A DNA stretch of 33,711 nt from Opitutales bacterium (GTDB taxonomy: Bacteria > Verrucomicrobiota > Verrucomicrobiia > Opitutales > JABSRG01): the NCBI GenBank assembly GCA_049599475.1, contig JBMYOQ010000050.1:1-33711 (forward strand), written 5' to 3'. Position numbers and translations under genes: made by a program. Position 1 is the stretch's first letter; every line of letters starts with the position of its first letter. Positions 1-9,241 of this stretch are shown here, in pieces. Below the pieces are notes generated by a model. It was not told where the DNA came from. It saw only the letters and a list, made by a program, of their open reading frames with translations, and did not search any database.

Positions 1-83
1 CTTTGAGTCTTTTTAATAAGGCACGAAAAAACATTTCGGGCATGCCGTATAATACGCCATTTAGTAAAGTTTAGAATCTAAAC

Positions 84-148
84 GTAGGGTCAAGTGTCCT
101 CGCTTGCCCATGTATTCGGCCTCGGCCGGCGAGGACGCCGTACCCTGC
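84..148. repeat. REP doublet (REPIN-like), GTAG type
   Basis: GTAGGGTCAAGTGTCCTCGCTTGCC (84-108) faces an inverted degenerate copy (124-148, rc GCAGGGTACGGCGTCCTCGCCGGCC); intergenic. Confidence 0.6.
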
Positions 149-215
149 CAAACATCAGAGATTTATCCCGGAGTTAAATCGAAAGGGACCAACTTAGCAG
201 ACCGACTCGGTACAT

Positions 216-241
216 AAAAAAGGCTCTCGAAACGAGAGCCT
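216..241 (-). terminator. Rho-independent terminator of lexA
   Basis: Perfect stem AGGCTCTCG-AAA-CGAGAGCCT (221-241) followed on the minus strand by a U-tract (A run 216-221), just past the lexA stop. Confidence 0.85.
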
Positions 242-246
242 CTTGC

Positions 247-882
247 TTAAAGATTTCTGACAATCGCTTTCGCGACTCCTTGAATGACCAAATCGCCGAT
301 AGGGTGGAGCTCCGGATAATTGGGATTCTCTGCCTTCAAATATGGCGTGCTTCCATGATTTTGCACAAAACGCTTTAAAGTTGTCTCGCCATCAATGAGT
401 GCTGCGACGACATCGCCATCACGTGCAGGGCGTGGTTCAATCACTACAATGTCACCGTCAAAAATGCCTGCATCGATCATGCTTTCACCGCGAACTTTAA
501 GGGCGAATGATCTGCGGTTGCGAATCGCATGTGCGGTCTGCTCGTCTACTTGAAGGCGCGTAATTTCGCCAGCTGGCTCGACGCCATCGGGATAACCTGC
601 GGCAATTTGTCCAAGCACTTCGACATCCAGGTCGATCACATTCATCGAGTCGTCGGGCTTGTCTTCCAATTGGTGGGTGATGCGAAATGTCCGTGCCTGT
701 CCAGGGATGCGTGAAATGTAACCCTTGCGCTCCAGAGCTCTGAGGTGGCCGAATACTGCATTGGTGCTAGCGAAATTAAAGTGCTCCTGAATTTCACGAA
801 TACTGGGCCAAAATCCATTTTGCTTCAAGTGCAGCTGGATATACCCGATTATCTCTTGTTGACGAAGTGTGAGGTCTTTCAT
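247..882 (-). CDS. lexA: SOS repressor LexA
   Basis: N-terminal LT.RQ..I / PSIREI winged HTH, Ala-Gly cleavage site (IAAG), catalytic Ser (GESM) and Lys (TLKR); ATG 882 preferred over TTG 891. Confidence 0.96.
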   Translation of the reverse strand: MKDLTLRQQEIIGYIQLHLKQNGFWPSIREIQEHFNFASTNAVFGHLRALERKGYISRIPGQARTFRITHQLEDKPDDSMNVIDLDVEVLGQIAAGYPDGVEPAGEITRLQVDEQTAHAIRNRRSFALKVRGESMIDAGIFDGDIVVIEPRPARDGDVVAALIDGETTLKRFVQNHGSTPYLKAENPNYPELHPIGDLVIQGVAKAIVRNL

Positions 883-897
883 TATGGGCAAAAAGGT

Positions 898-939
898 GTG
901 AACATATGACTATTTGTTACTTTGTTCACTGTTGGTCAA
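898..939 (-). promoter_or_regulatory. Putative lexA promoter/operator region
   Basis: Inverted GTGAACA(898-904)-N18-TGTTCAC(923-929); TTGACC -35-like hexamer on minus strand at 934-939. Confidence 0.4.
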
Positions 940-1014
940 GCGAAGAACTCAAAGATTTGCTTCGAGCACTATGATTATTGAAACTTTTACGCTATAGACT
1001 TTCTTTGGTTTGAT

Positions 1015-1590
1015 ATGACCGATCCCATTTACGATGAACCTTCAGAGTTTAATAGCTTGGCGGGTTCCCTGTTACTTGCTCATCCCAGTCTGAATGATCC
1101 TAATTTTTGCCGTTCGGTCGTGTTAATTTCTGCGCACTCCGAGGAGGATGGCGCTTTGGGAGTGGTGATCAATCGCCCGATGGAGCAATCTTTATCGCAG
1201 TTTGATGGTGGTTTTTCCTACTCTGAGTTGGCTGATGTGCCACTCTATGTCGGAGGGCCGGTATCTTCGCGTGAACTTATTTTGACGGCGTGGCAGTGGC
1301 GCCTGGAAGAAGGGCGCTTCCAGCTCCATTTTGGGGTCTCCCCGGATCGCGCGAAGGAGCTCTCTCTAGACAACTCAGAGATCGATTTGCGCGGTTTTGT
1401 CGGGTATTCGGGTTGGGGCAAAGGGCAGCTAGAAGATGAATTGGAACAAGGCTCTTGGGTCGTCATCCCAGTAAATGGAGGTGCAATGGAGATTGAAGAG
1501 ACCGACGACCTCTGGCGTGCACTCATCGGCCAAGTCAGCCCCGAATTACGCCTGCTCGCAGAAGCCCCGGACGATCCCGAGCTCAATTAA
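1015..1590 (+). CDS. YqgE/AlgH (UPF0301) family protein
   Basis: LLLAHP.L.DPNF.RSVV, GA.GVVINRP, YVGGPV, GYSGWG.GQLE.EL..GSW, C-terminal PDDPELN. Confidence 0.93.
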   Translation: MTDPIYDEPSEFNSLAGSLLLAHPSLNDPNFCRSVVLISAHSEEDGALGVVINRPMEQSLSQFDGGFSYSELADVPLYVGGPVSSRELILTAWQWRLEEGRFQLHFGVSPDRAKELSLDNSEIDLRGFVGYSGWGKGQLEDELEQGSWVVIPVNGGAMEIEETDDLWRALIGQVSPELRLLAEAPDDPELN

Positions 1591-1614
1591 TTTCCCCGAA
1601 GCCCTAACTCACTT

Positions 1615-3993
1615 ATGAAGCCCCTAAAGTTTGTTTTAATCGGATTCGCGATTTGTCTCGTGTTGATCCTGTGCGGGATCGGTTCCTTGTTTCTGGCGCC
1701 TGTCCAAAAGTCCTTGTTTCTTACTTATGCCAACAATTCTGGAGAGTTGAGAGAACTTTCTTTGGATGCGATCGAGATAGATCTTGAAGGCATTGAATTT
1801 GAAAACCTTTCATTCGAGACAGACGCAGGAAAATTTTCATTCGAGTTTCTTAGTGTCGATGCCCCGCTTTTGGAGTTTGTGAATTCACCGTCTGCCGAAA
1901 TTACTGATTTTGAGTTTGATGGAGTTGTTCTGGATTTCAGTGAACAATTTTCTGAAGAGGTCTCGGTTCCCGAGGAGAACGTAGAGGCAGATCCGACCCC
2001 GATTGTGCTACCGTCTCTTGCCGAGATAGACATCTTCGAGCAGCTCAATATCAAGCAAGGCTCGGGCGATGTGACCGTGGTCCTGAGCGACGCGGAGAGT
2101 ATGCGTCTCGACTACACCGTGCGCGATCTTGCACCGGGGAAAGAGGGTAGGATTGCTATCAATTGGGCATGGACGCAGCCGGGATTTGTCGCTCACTTGG
2201 GCGACGATAGGCAGGTTGGAGGTAGCTTGGCATTTGGCGCGAGGTTGGACCCCAATGGCGTTTTGATAGCTCTTAATTCGATCGCCGAGCTCGGCTTGAC
2301 TCTCGACGGGCAGGTTTCAAATTCGGCGCGGCTTATCTCATCACTCAAAGATTCTGATGATGGATTCCTTCTCGATTCTCGCTTGGTGTATATGGCGAAT
2401 GATGAGGAGAACTCCGATCTGTTGGCAGGGTCCCTGGAGTTTCCCAGAAATTTGGGCAAGTTCACCTACCGAGGAACGCTCGCATTGGACTCAGAGCTCC
2501 TTAGCCCGATCCTCCAGCTATTGCAGATTGCCGTCCCGAGTTTTCAGGTAAATTCAGACATCGCGGTGGAATTCAATAAAGGCAATGGGGCCGTGATCGC
2601 TGAATCGCGAGGCAGCGCTCGATATGGTGACCTTTCGAATCAATATGACCTAGTGCTCAACGGGCAGTCTGGGGATGCCTTTCAGGGCCGCGTAACCGGT
2701 TACCTCGCGAGCAATGCGGGGGAGTCGGGCTCACGTTTGGAGCTTTCTGAGATCGACGCAATGATTGAGAAAGATAGCTCCGTAAGAGCTGTCGCGAATG
2801 TGATCTTCGCGCATGCTGGTAAGCAGGAGCGACTCAAGCTCAGTGCGATGATTCCAGGGGATGCGCAGAAGCCTCTCGGATTCGATATTAACTCAGATAC
2901 GCTTAGCGTACCGCACCTCCAAACCGTAGCAGACGCACTGGTTGCAAGCCTGCCTGAGACAAGCAATTCTGAGTCTCCTTCCGGTGAGCCAGGGAATCCC
3001 TTCGACGTGGGGCGTCCTGTCCAGCTTTCGGGTAAGGTCGGTCGATTAGTTATAGAAGAACCGTGGAGCCTCGATACCGTGGAGCTGAATACCCGGATTG
3101 AAAACGGGGCCTTAGATCTAAGGAAGATGGATTTCAATTTTCTCTCGGGCCGTTTTTCGAATGCGGGCGTGATCGGGTTTAAGGAGGGTAAATTTGGATT
3201 GGACGCCAAATCGAACCTTAGAGGGCTTACTGTGGGGAGCGCGATGACGACTCTAGGTTTCAACCCGATTGTCGATACGACGCTCGGTGGAGATGTGCAG
3301 TGGACTGCGCAGGCAGAATCGATGTCGGGACTTATCGGTAATATGAGGCTGGGTTGGAATTTTAGGGCCGAGGAAGGCTCCATCAATATTCCTGAATCCG
3401 ACATAATGCGCAGTCTCCGTGGGGCGACTCAGGCGGCCAGTATTATCGGCACCTTTTTGCCCGGACAGAACTACTTGGGGAATTTCTCGAAGATCGTTGA
3501 TAAGGCCGATGTCGTGAAGCTCGACCAGATCAATTTCAGTGGAGAGCGTTCACAAGAGGGAGCTTTGAAAATCGAGCAACTTGAGCTCAAGGGCACTGAG
3601 TTCTATGCACAGCTGGCTGGAGATATTCGTAGCACCAATTGGTCGGATATTCTCGAAGCGGCCGCACGTTTTCAGCTCAATGTCGGCTCAAAAGGTGAGG
3701 TTTCGGAGCTGGCGGATCAGATTGGCCTTTCCGAAGGGCGGGTTCGCGATGGTTATCAACTGTGGGGAAAAATGCCCTTTTCGATTACCGGGACTTTGGA
3801 GCAGCTGAATTTTGGGACTATGCAAGAGTGGGCCTTGGGGAAAGTCATTGGATCTCCTAAGAAGGCGCTCACGAGGAAAAATACAGAGGACCCCGATCCA
3901 CAGAAGCCCGCGGTTGAGTCTGCGACCGAACAAATAAAGCGGGAAGCAGAACGTGTATTAGGGGGTCTTCTTAACTCTGTTCTCGGAGAATAA
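1615..3993 (+). CDS. Large membrane-anchored beta-rich envelope protein, probably AsmA-like
   Basis: 792 aa, single N-terminal hydrophobic helix, long amphipathic beta-strand pattern, C-terminal PFSITGTL..L-type segment; family assignment is inference. Confidence 0.55.
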   Translation: MKPLKFVLIGFAICLVLILCGIGSLFLAPVQKSLFLTYANNSGELRELSLDAIEIDLEGIEFENLSFETDAGKFSFEFLSVDAPLLEFVNSPSAEITDFEFDGVVLDFSEQFSEEVSVPEENVEADPTPIVLPSLAEIDIFEQLNIKQGSGDVTVVLSDAESMRLDYTVRDLAPGKEGRIAINWAWTQPGFVAHLGDDRQVGGSLAFGARLDPNGVLIALNSIAELGLTLDGQVSNSARLISSLKDSDDGFLLDSRLVYMANDEENSDLLAGSLEFPRNLGKFTYRGTLALDSELLSPILQLLQIAVPSFQVNSDIAVEFNKGNGAVIAESRGSARYGDLSNQYDLVLNGQSGDAFQGRVTGYLASNAGESGSRLELSEIDAMIEKDSSVRAVANVIFAHAGKQERLKLSAMIPGDAQKPLGFDINSDTLSVPHLQTVADALVASLPETSNSESPSGEPGNPFDVGRPVQLSGKVGRLVIEEPWSLDTVELNTRIENGALDLRKMDFNFLSGRFSNAGVIGFKEGKFGLDAKSNLRGLTVGSAMTTLGFNPIVDTTLGGDVQWTAQAESMSGLIGNMRLGWNFRAEEGSINIPESDIMRSLRGATQAASIIGTFLPGQNYLGNFSKIVDKADVVKLDQINFSGERSQEGALKIEQLELKGTEFYAQLAGDIRSTNWSDILEAAARFQLNVGSKGEVSELADQIGLSEGRVRDGYQLWGKMPFSITGTLEQLNFGTMQEWALGKVIGSPKKALTRKNTEDPDPQKPAVESATEQIKREAERVLGGLLNSVLGE

Positions 3994-4045
3994 CATTAGA
4001 ACAAATACTTGCTTATAAGGGGGATCATCGGTTTTCATAGAGCCT

Positions 4046-6238
4046 ATGGTCAATCATCTCTGCAGATTGGCTGACTTTTCCCTGTGTATCCATTCCCGAG
4101 CTTTCCTGGTATCAACTGTAGGGTTGATATTGGCACTGCTGTACGGAGTCGGTTGCTCTGAAAAACCGGATGAGTCAGCGGTCACAAGCCCAACAAAAGA
4201 ATCGCTTTCGGACACCCAACCTGCTGCTGAGGCCCTTCCTGGATTTCCCGAATCGCACAATACTGCCCGTATGGATGCGGTGGGCGTGGCGACTTGCGTG
4301 CAATGTCACGCAGAGGCAGTTGCTGCCTGGGAAACGAGTGATCATGCCCTAGCGAATCGACCGGTATCGGTGGAGCTCGACAAGGCGGCCTTCGAAGGCA
4401 CTCGGACAGTCACCGAGGGAGATACAGTTTATAGAATGGCGGAGCAAAACGGTCAGTTTTGGGTGCATGTGAAAGAGGGGGAGAAGCCCATGCGTTCTTA
4501 CGAGTTGACTGGGGTGATCGGGTATGAGCCTTTGAGACAATACCTCGCAGAGTTACCTGGAAACAAATTCCAGACCTTGAGTGCCAGTTACGATGTCATT
4601 GAAGATGAATGGTTTCACGTCTTCGAAGGCCAGGAGCGCCGTCCTGGAGAATGGGGTCACTGGCGCGGGCAGGGCATGAATTGGAATGCCAACTGTGCCG
4701 AGTGCCACACCACCGAGTACCATAAGAATTTCGATTTTGATGCAAACGCATATCAATCTAGCTGGACCGAGCAAGGGATCGCCTGCGCTGAGTGTCACAC
4801 GGGACTTGATGAACACGTGAAGGGCGCCCAGTCTGGCGATCTTTCGATCCTGCCTAAGCTGCTTACCCGGCAACAGACAGAGCACACCTGCGCGGCGTGT
4901 CACTCGCGTCGCGATGAATTGACGGCCAACGAGTTTGTGCCGGGAGAGAATTATTATGATCACTATGCGCTGATGCTTCCTTATCAGCCAGGCCTCTATT
5001 ATCCAGATGGCCAGATCTTGGATGAGGTTTTTGTCTACACCTCTTTTCAAATGAGTCGGATGGCGCATGCCGGGGTGAGCTGCATGGATTGCCACGATCA
5101 CCATACGCTCAAATTGAAGCTTCCGGTCGAAAATAATGCTTTGTGCATGCAGTGTCACGAAACCGGCAATATGAAAGCGCCGCTCATCGAACCCCTGGCG
5201 CATAGTTTCCATGCGGAGGGTTCTACCGGTAATCAGTGCGTATCGTGTCACATGCGCCAAACTCCTTACATGCAGGTGGATCCGCGAGCTGATCATGGTT
5301 TCCACTCTCCAGACCCGTTGCTCACGAAGGAACAGGGAATACCGAATGCCTGTAGCCAGTGTCACGAAGATCAAAGTATCGATTGGGCTGTGGAATGGGC
5401 TGAAAAATGGTATGGAGAGAAACTTGCGGAAAGTCGGCAGCGCAAGCGCGCACGCGCGATCGAAGGTGCTTACAATGGTACCGAACCCGGCTTTCGTGGA
5501 CTCTTGGAGCTGGTAAAAGATGAGGAGATACCTGCTTGGAAAGCGACCTATGCTGGGCTCTTAATGAATTACGGGGACAATCCTGAAATCCGCGAAATCA
5601 TGGCTTCCGCGGCGGTCGATCCGCATCCATTGGTTCGTGAGCGTGCGGCTTCTTCAATCGGCGTGCTGCCAGCGCCGACTCCCGAGACACTGGCCCTCTT
5701 GAAGGACGAGCGTCTCAACGTGCGCATTACGGCTACGCGCGCAGCTTTTTTGGTCGGAGAGAAACCGGAAGACCCCGGTGCTGCTGAACAGCTAGAGGCC
5801 TATTTTGCATTTCATGAAGACCGCCCCATGACACTCTTCATTAAAGCCCAAGAAGCGCAGCGTGCGGGTCGATCCAGTGATGTATTAAAATACGTCGACA
5901 GAGCGGTAATGCTCGATGAGGAAAACGCCGAAATGTATCGCCAGGCGGCTATTCTCCTCAGTGGATCAGGGTTCAACGAACGGGCCGCAGATTTGCTCCA
6001 CCGAGGTAAGAATCTAGCCCCGGAGAATCCTATGTTTGCCTACTCATTGGGTCTACTGGCTGCAGAAGACGAAGATATGGAAAGCGCAATTGAATGGCTC
6101 CGCGAAGCGGTTCGTTTGGATCCTATGTTTACGCGCGCTTGGTATAATCTTTCCTTAGCTCTAAACCATAGCGGTCAAACGGAAGAAGCGCAGCAAGCGA
6201 TGATGCGCGTTCAGCAATTGCAAAATTCTGGCTATTGA
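4046..6238 (+). CDS. Multiheme (8 CxxCH) cytochrome c with C-terminal HEAT/TPR repeats, probable lipoprotein
   Basis: CVQCH, CAECH x2, CAACH, CMDCH, CMQCH, CVSCH, CSQCH; hydrophobic segment ending YGVG-C; HEAT-like DPHPLVRERAA; TPR-like AWYNL.LAL. Confidence 0.88.
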   Translation: MVNHLCRLADFSLCIHSRAFLVSTVGLILALLYGVGCSEKPDESAVTSPTKESLSDTQPAAEALPGFPESHNTARMDAVGVATCVQCHAEAVAAWETSDHALANRPVSVELDKAAFEGTRTVTEGDTVYRMAEQNGQFWVHVKEGEKPMRSYELTGVIGYEPLRQYLAELPGNKFQTLSASYDVIEDEWFHVFEGQERRPGEWGHWRGQGMNWNANCAECHTTEYHKNFDFDANAYQSSWTEQGIACAECHTGLDEHVKGAQSGDLSILPKLLTRQQTEHTCAACHSRRDELTANEFVPGENYYDHYALMLPYQPGLYYPDGQILDEVFVYTSFQMSRMAHAGVSCMDCHDHHTLKLKLPVENNALCMQCHETGNMKAPLIEPLAHSFHAEGSTGNQCVSCHMRQTPYMQVDPRADHGFHSPDPLLTKEQGIPNACSQCHEDQSIDWAVEWAEKWYGEKLAESRQRKRARAIEGAYNGTEPGFRGLLELVKDEEIPAWKATYAGLLMNYGDNPEIREIMASAAVDPHPLVRERAASSIGVLPAPTPETLALLKDERLNVRITATRAAFLVGEKPEDPGAAEQLEAYFAFHEDRPMTLFIKAQEAQRAGRSSDVLKYVDRAVMLDEENAEMYRQAAILLSGSGFNERAADLLHRGKNLAPENPMFAYSLGLLAAEDEDMESAIEWLREAVRLDPMFTRAWYNLSLALNHSGQTEEAQQAMMRVQQLQNSGY

Positions 6239-6277
6239 TCCTTGCCCCTGCCTGAAAATTCCATGGATCTAATTTCC

Positions 6278-6961
6278 ATGGAAATGCCGATTGCACGATA
6301 TCTAGATGCTGCTGTTCTAAAGCCTGAAATGAGCCACGCAGAAGCGAAGGCTGCCATAGAAGAATGTGTCGCTGTGAATGCGCGCACGGCCTGTGTTCGC
6401 CCTTGCGATATTCCCTTGGCGAAAGAGCTATGTGCAGGATCGGAGACAGAGGTATGCGTCGTTTTGGCGTTTCCTCATGGCCAACAGTCTTCGGAATCAA
6501 AGGCTGATGAAGCGAAGCGCTATGTGGAACAGGGAGTCGCGGAGATAGACATGGTAGCCAATATCGGATGGATTCGCTCACACGATTGGGCCGCAGTTAC
6601 GGCCGATATCAAGGCTGTTGTGGACGTGTGCGGACCCGCCGGTCTGCCGCTCAAGGTGATTTTTGAAACGAGCTATTTGTCAGAAGATGAGATCGCTCAG
6701 ACGACGGAATGCGCGATCCAAGCGGGTGCAGATTTTGTGAAAACATCCACGGGCTTCGGGGGCGAGGGCGCAACCGAAGCAGGCGTGAAGATTATGGTAG
6801 ATACGGCGAAGGGTCGCTGCAAAGTGAAGCCTTCAGGAGGTATTCGAGACTTCGCGCGGGCCAAAATGTTTGTCGATATGGGAGCCGATCGCCTGGGTGT
6901 TGGCTACAGCTCGTGTCGTGCAATTATCGAGGGCGGTTCCGCCGGAGGCTCCGGTTACTAG
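6278..6961 (+). CDS. deoC: Deoxyribose-phosphate aldolase
   Basis: V.AFPHG, EIDMV.N, LKVIFET, ADFVKTSTGF (Schiff-base Lys), VK.SGGIR, GADRLG; start uncertain (6263/6278/6284). Confidence 0.95.
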   Translation: MEMPIARYLDAAVLKPEMSHAEAKAAIEECVAVNARTACVRPCDIPLAKELCAGSETEVCVVLAFPHGQQSSESKADEAKRYVEQGVAEIDMVANIGWIRSHDWAAVTADIKAVVDVCGPAGLPLKVIFETSYLSEDEIAQTTECAIQAGADFVKTSTGFGGEGATEAGVKIMVDTAKGRCKVKPSGGIRDFARAKMFVDMGADRLGVGYSSCRAIIEGGSAGGSGY

Positions 6962-7074
6962 GCATCGGGAGTGATTCGGTTTCCCAAAAGCGTTTTCGCA
7001 ACTTGGGAGGGACAGCGGACGTAGGCTTACCGGAGATGGCGAAGCAATGGCGCTGCCTTTAGGGTGATGTCATC

Positions 7075-7221
7075 GGTAGCGGCCGATCTCCGAGCGGCCG
7101 AATGCGGCGTATCAGCTGGGCGAAATTACTGTCTTCAACCGCTCGGAGATCGGTTGCTACCCCATTTCTTCTCTAAAGGATGCTCTAACCACTCAGGCTG
7201 TCTTGGAGATACAGCTCTACC
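7075..7221. repeat. GTAG-family REP cluster (inverted doublet plus third copy)
   Basis: GGTAGCGGCCGATCTCCGAGCGGCC (7075-7099); inverted GGTAGCAACCGATCTCCGAGCGGTT (7137-7161); inverted GGTAGAGCTGTATCTCCAAGACAGC (7197-7221). Confidence 0.8.
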
Positions 7222-7315
7222 GATTTCTGTCGCACTATCAGTTTAGATTCGATGACGCACAGGTGTTTGACCTCGTTGCTCCAAACCACGTGTGCCGGAA
7301 TCTGTGTTTTCAAAC

Positions 7316-7362
7316 CACAGGATCCGTAGGCAACCGGTTTTAAGCCTTTTCAGGATCCTGTG
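7316..7362. terminator. Stem-loop just downstream of the histidine kinase stop, possible terminator
   Basis: CACAGGATCC (7316-7325) / GGATCCTGTG (7353-7362) perfect 10-bp inverted repeat with inner AGGC/GCCT; weak U-tract. Confidence 0.4.
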
Positions 7363-7363
7363 A

Positions 7364-8665
7364 CTAAGCGGATTTAGATGCTTCTCGAGTAATCGGAACA
7401 CGGAGTGTGAACGTTGCCCCTCGTGTGAGACCTTCGCTATCTACTAGAATGCGTCCTTTCATTTCCGACGCAAGATTGGCGCAACTGTGAAGCCCGTAGC
7501 CGTTGCCGTCTTCGCGTGTGGTGAATCCGTGATTAAAGAGTGAATTGAAATTTTCCTTCGGTATCCCGATCCCGTTGTCTGTGACTAAAATGTCGACCTC
7601 GTTGGTGGCCGAGCGCTTCGTCGACACAATGATCAGTTTTTCCGGTTTCGGATCCTCGTCGCAGGCGTATTTTGCGTTGCGGATGAGATTCACCAAGATT
7701 TGCAGCATGCGGTGCTTGTCGTTGTGCATCTCTGGATTGTCCAGCAGATCGGTTTGCAGTTTTATTGAATGCCGCACAAGAGCGTCACGATTGATCTGAA
7801 CAGCATCTTCGATTATTTCGGAAAGCTTAAATTTCTCGAGCGCGTCTTTGGTCTTTGCATAAGACTGCTGGGTCTTGAGAATTTCTTTTATATGGCCGAC
7901 ATGATTGTTGAGTGATTTGAGCTCCCCTATGAGTCGCTCTTGATTTTGAGACATTTGATCGCCCAGCTTGCGGATATAGGGTGCCAGCTGTTTGCCGCGC
8001 TCGTCCTTGGTCAAAAAGTCCGGATTGTCGGCGTTGCGCTCGAGGAGATCTGCGACTTTGATGAGCTGCTGCGTTTTAATGGACTCAGCGAACTGAAGAG
8101 AAGAGGTGCTGGAGACATTTACGCTATTCAGGACATTCCCGATATTGTGAAGTATATTTATAGCGATTTCGGCCATTCCGGCACGTCTCGAGGCTTCGAT
8201 TAATTTTTTGTTCGATTCTTCGAGGGCAAATTCTGCCTCCTTTTGGGCCGTTATATCGCGACTTATGCCAAAGGTGCCGACGATTTCACCGCCGTCATTT
8301 TTTAGGGGCAATTTGGATGTCAGTACCCAGCGTGTTTGGCCATCGGGGAGAATCTCGCGTTCCAGTTTGCCTTCTTTGGGCTCACCGGATGCTATGATTT
8401 CGAGCTCGTCATTGCGCGCATCGCGAGCGTGTTCGTAGTTGAATATATCGAAGTCTGTTTTGCCTATGAGGTCGCTTGGATCTTCGATGCCCAAACGCGT
8501 CGCCAGATATCGACTAATGCGAAGGAAGCGCGACTCGAGATCTTTAAAATAGATCGCATCCTTACTATCTCTGAGAAGATTCTCCGTGAGGGTGCGGTCT
8601 TGGTAGTCGGACTTGAACGAAGGCGATTGTTCCGAGCCGCTGGACTGGGGTAGATCTTCTGGCAT
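7364..8665 (-). CDS. Cytoplasmic PAS-domain sensor histidine kinase
   Basis: PAS/PAC (IYFKD..SRF, GKTDFD, KLPLKN..GEIVG.FGISRDIT), H-box ILHNIGNVL, N-box NLIRNA, DNGIG, FTTR..GNGYGL; no TM segment; ATG 8665 preferred over TTG 8704. Confidence 0.93.
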   Translation of the reverse strand: MPEDLPQSSGSEQSPSFKSDYQDRTLTENLLRDSKDAIYFKDLESRFLRISRYLATRLGIEDPSDLIGKTDFDIFNYEHARDARNDELEIIASGEPKEGKLEREILPDGQTRWVLTSKLPLKNDGGEIVGTFGISRDITAQKEAEFALEESNKKLIEASRRAGMAEIAINILHNIGNVLNSVNVSSTSSLQFAESIKTQQLIKVADLLERNADNPDFLTKDERGKQLAPYIRKLGDQMSQNQERLIGELKSLNNHVGHIKEILKTQQSYAKTKDALEKFKLSEIIEDAVQINRDALVRHSIKLQTDLLDNPEMHNDKHRMLQILVNLIRNAKYACDEDPKPEKLIIVSTKRSATNEVDILVTDNGIGIPKENFNSLFNHGFTTREDGNGYGLHSCANLASEMKGRILVDSEGLTRGATFTLRVPITREASKSA

Positions 8666-8689
8666 TTCTAAGGGGTGGGTATTCTCTAC

Positions 8690-8716
8690 TAGTCGGAGAA
8701 ACAATAACTTCCCTTA
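8690..8716 (-). promoter_or_regulatory. sigma28-like promoter motif upstream of the kinase
   Basis: TAAG-N15-TCCGACTA on minus strand, about 25 nt before ATG 8665. Confidence 0.3.
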
Positions 8717-8803
8717 GTAAAAGCTCAAGGGGCCTCTAAAAGTTACCACAGTATTTGCATATATTGTGGTAATTCGCCCGGAGTACTGGGTCTGATTTGA
8801 GGC

Positions 8804-9181
8804 CTAGACTAAAGTCTTAAAGGATTCCACAGAAGTGCTGTAGAGCTCCTTGATCGTTTGGTGGTGTGCCAATGACGGTGGCTCGATATTATCTCTTATA
8901 GCACTCTCGACTGCTCGGCAGTAAGTACTGAGACGCGCGAGGCCCATATTTCCGCTACTGCCCGCGATGAAGTGTGTATGGCGTGTCGCCGCATCCGTAT
9001 CGCCTGTTTTGCAGGCTTCCTCCAGATCTTGGAGGTGGGGGAGATTTTCCTCTTCGTAAAGGGCAATGAGGTCGTCGAGTAGCTCTTTAGATTCCTCGAA
9101 ATTTGATCCTACGAGGAGTTCTAGGTGATTCCTATCTATGATTGGGGTAGAGGAGTCTACGCTTACGCCGCAAGTGCTCAT
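8804..9181 (-). CDS. Stand-alone Hpt phosphotransfer protein
   Basis: Helical protein with H-x-x-x-GSSGNMG...L...C..VE Hpt signature; ATG 9181 preferred over 9241. Confidence 0.88.
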   Translation of the reverse strand: MSTCGVSVDSSTPIIDRNHLELLVGSNFEESKELLDDLIALYEEENLPHLQDLEEACKTGDTDAATRHTHFIAGSSGNMGLARLSTYCRAVESAIRDNIEPPSLAHHQTIKELYSTSVESFKTLV

Positions 9182-9241
9182 ATTTTGACCTTCAAATATA
9201 CGTTGAAAACCTCCGGAAAATGGGTTTCCGGGATGAGCCAA

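Noticed and set aside
1..43. Possible minus-strand gene start running off the window (MPEMFFRALLKRLK)
   Set aside because: Too short to support
6259..6284. Tandem TTCCATGGA palindromes at the deoC start
   Set aside because: Coincide with candidate ATGs; no independent support as an operator
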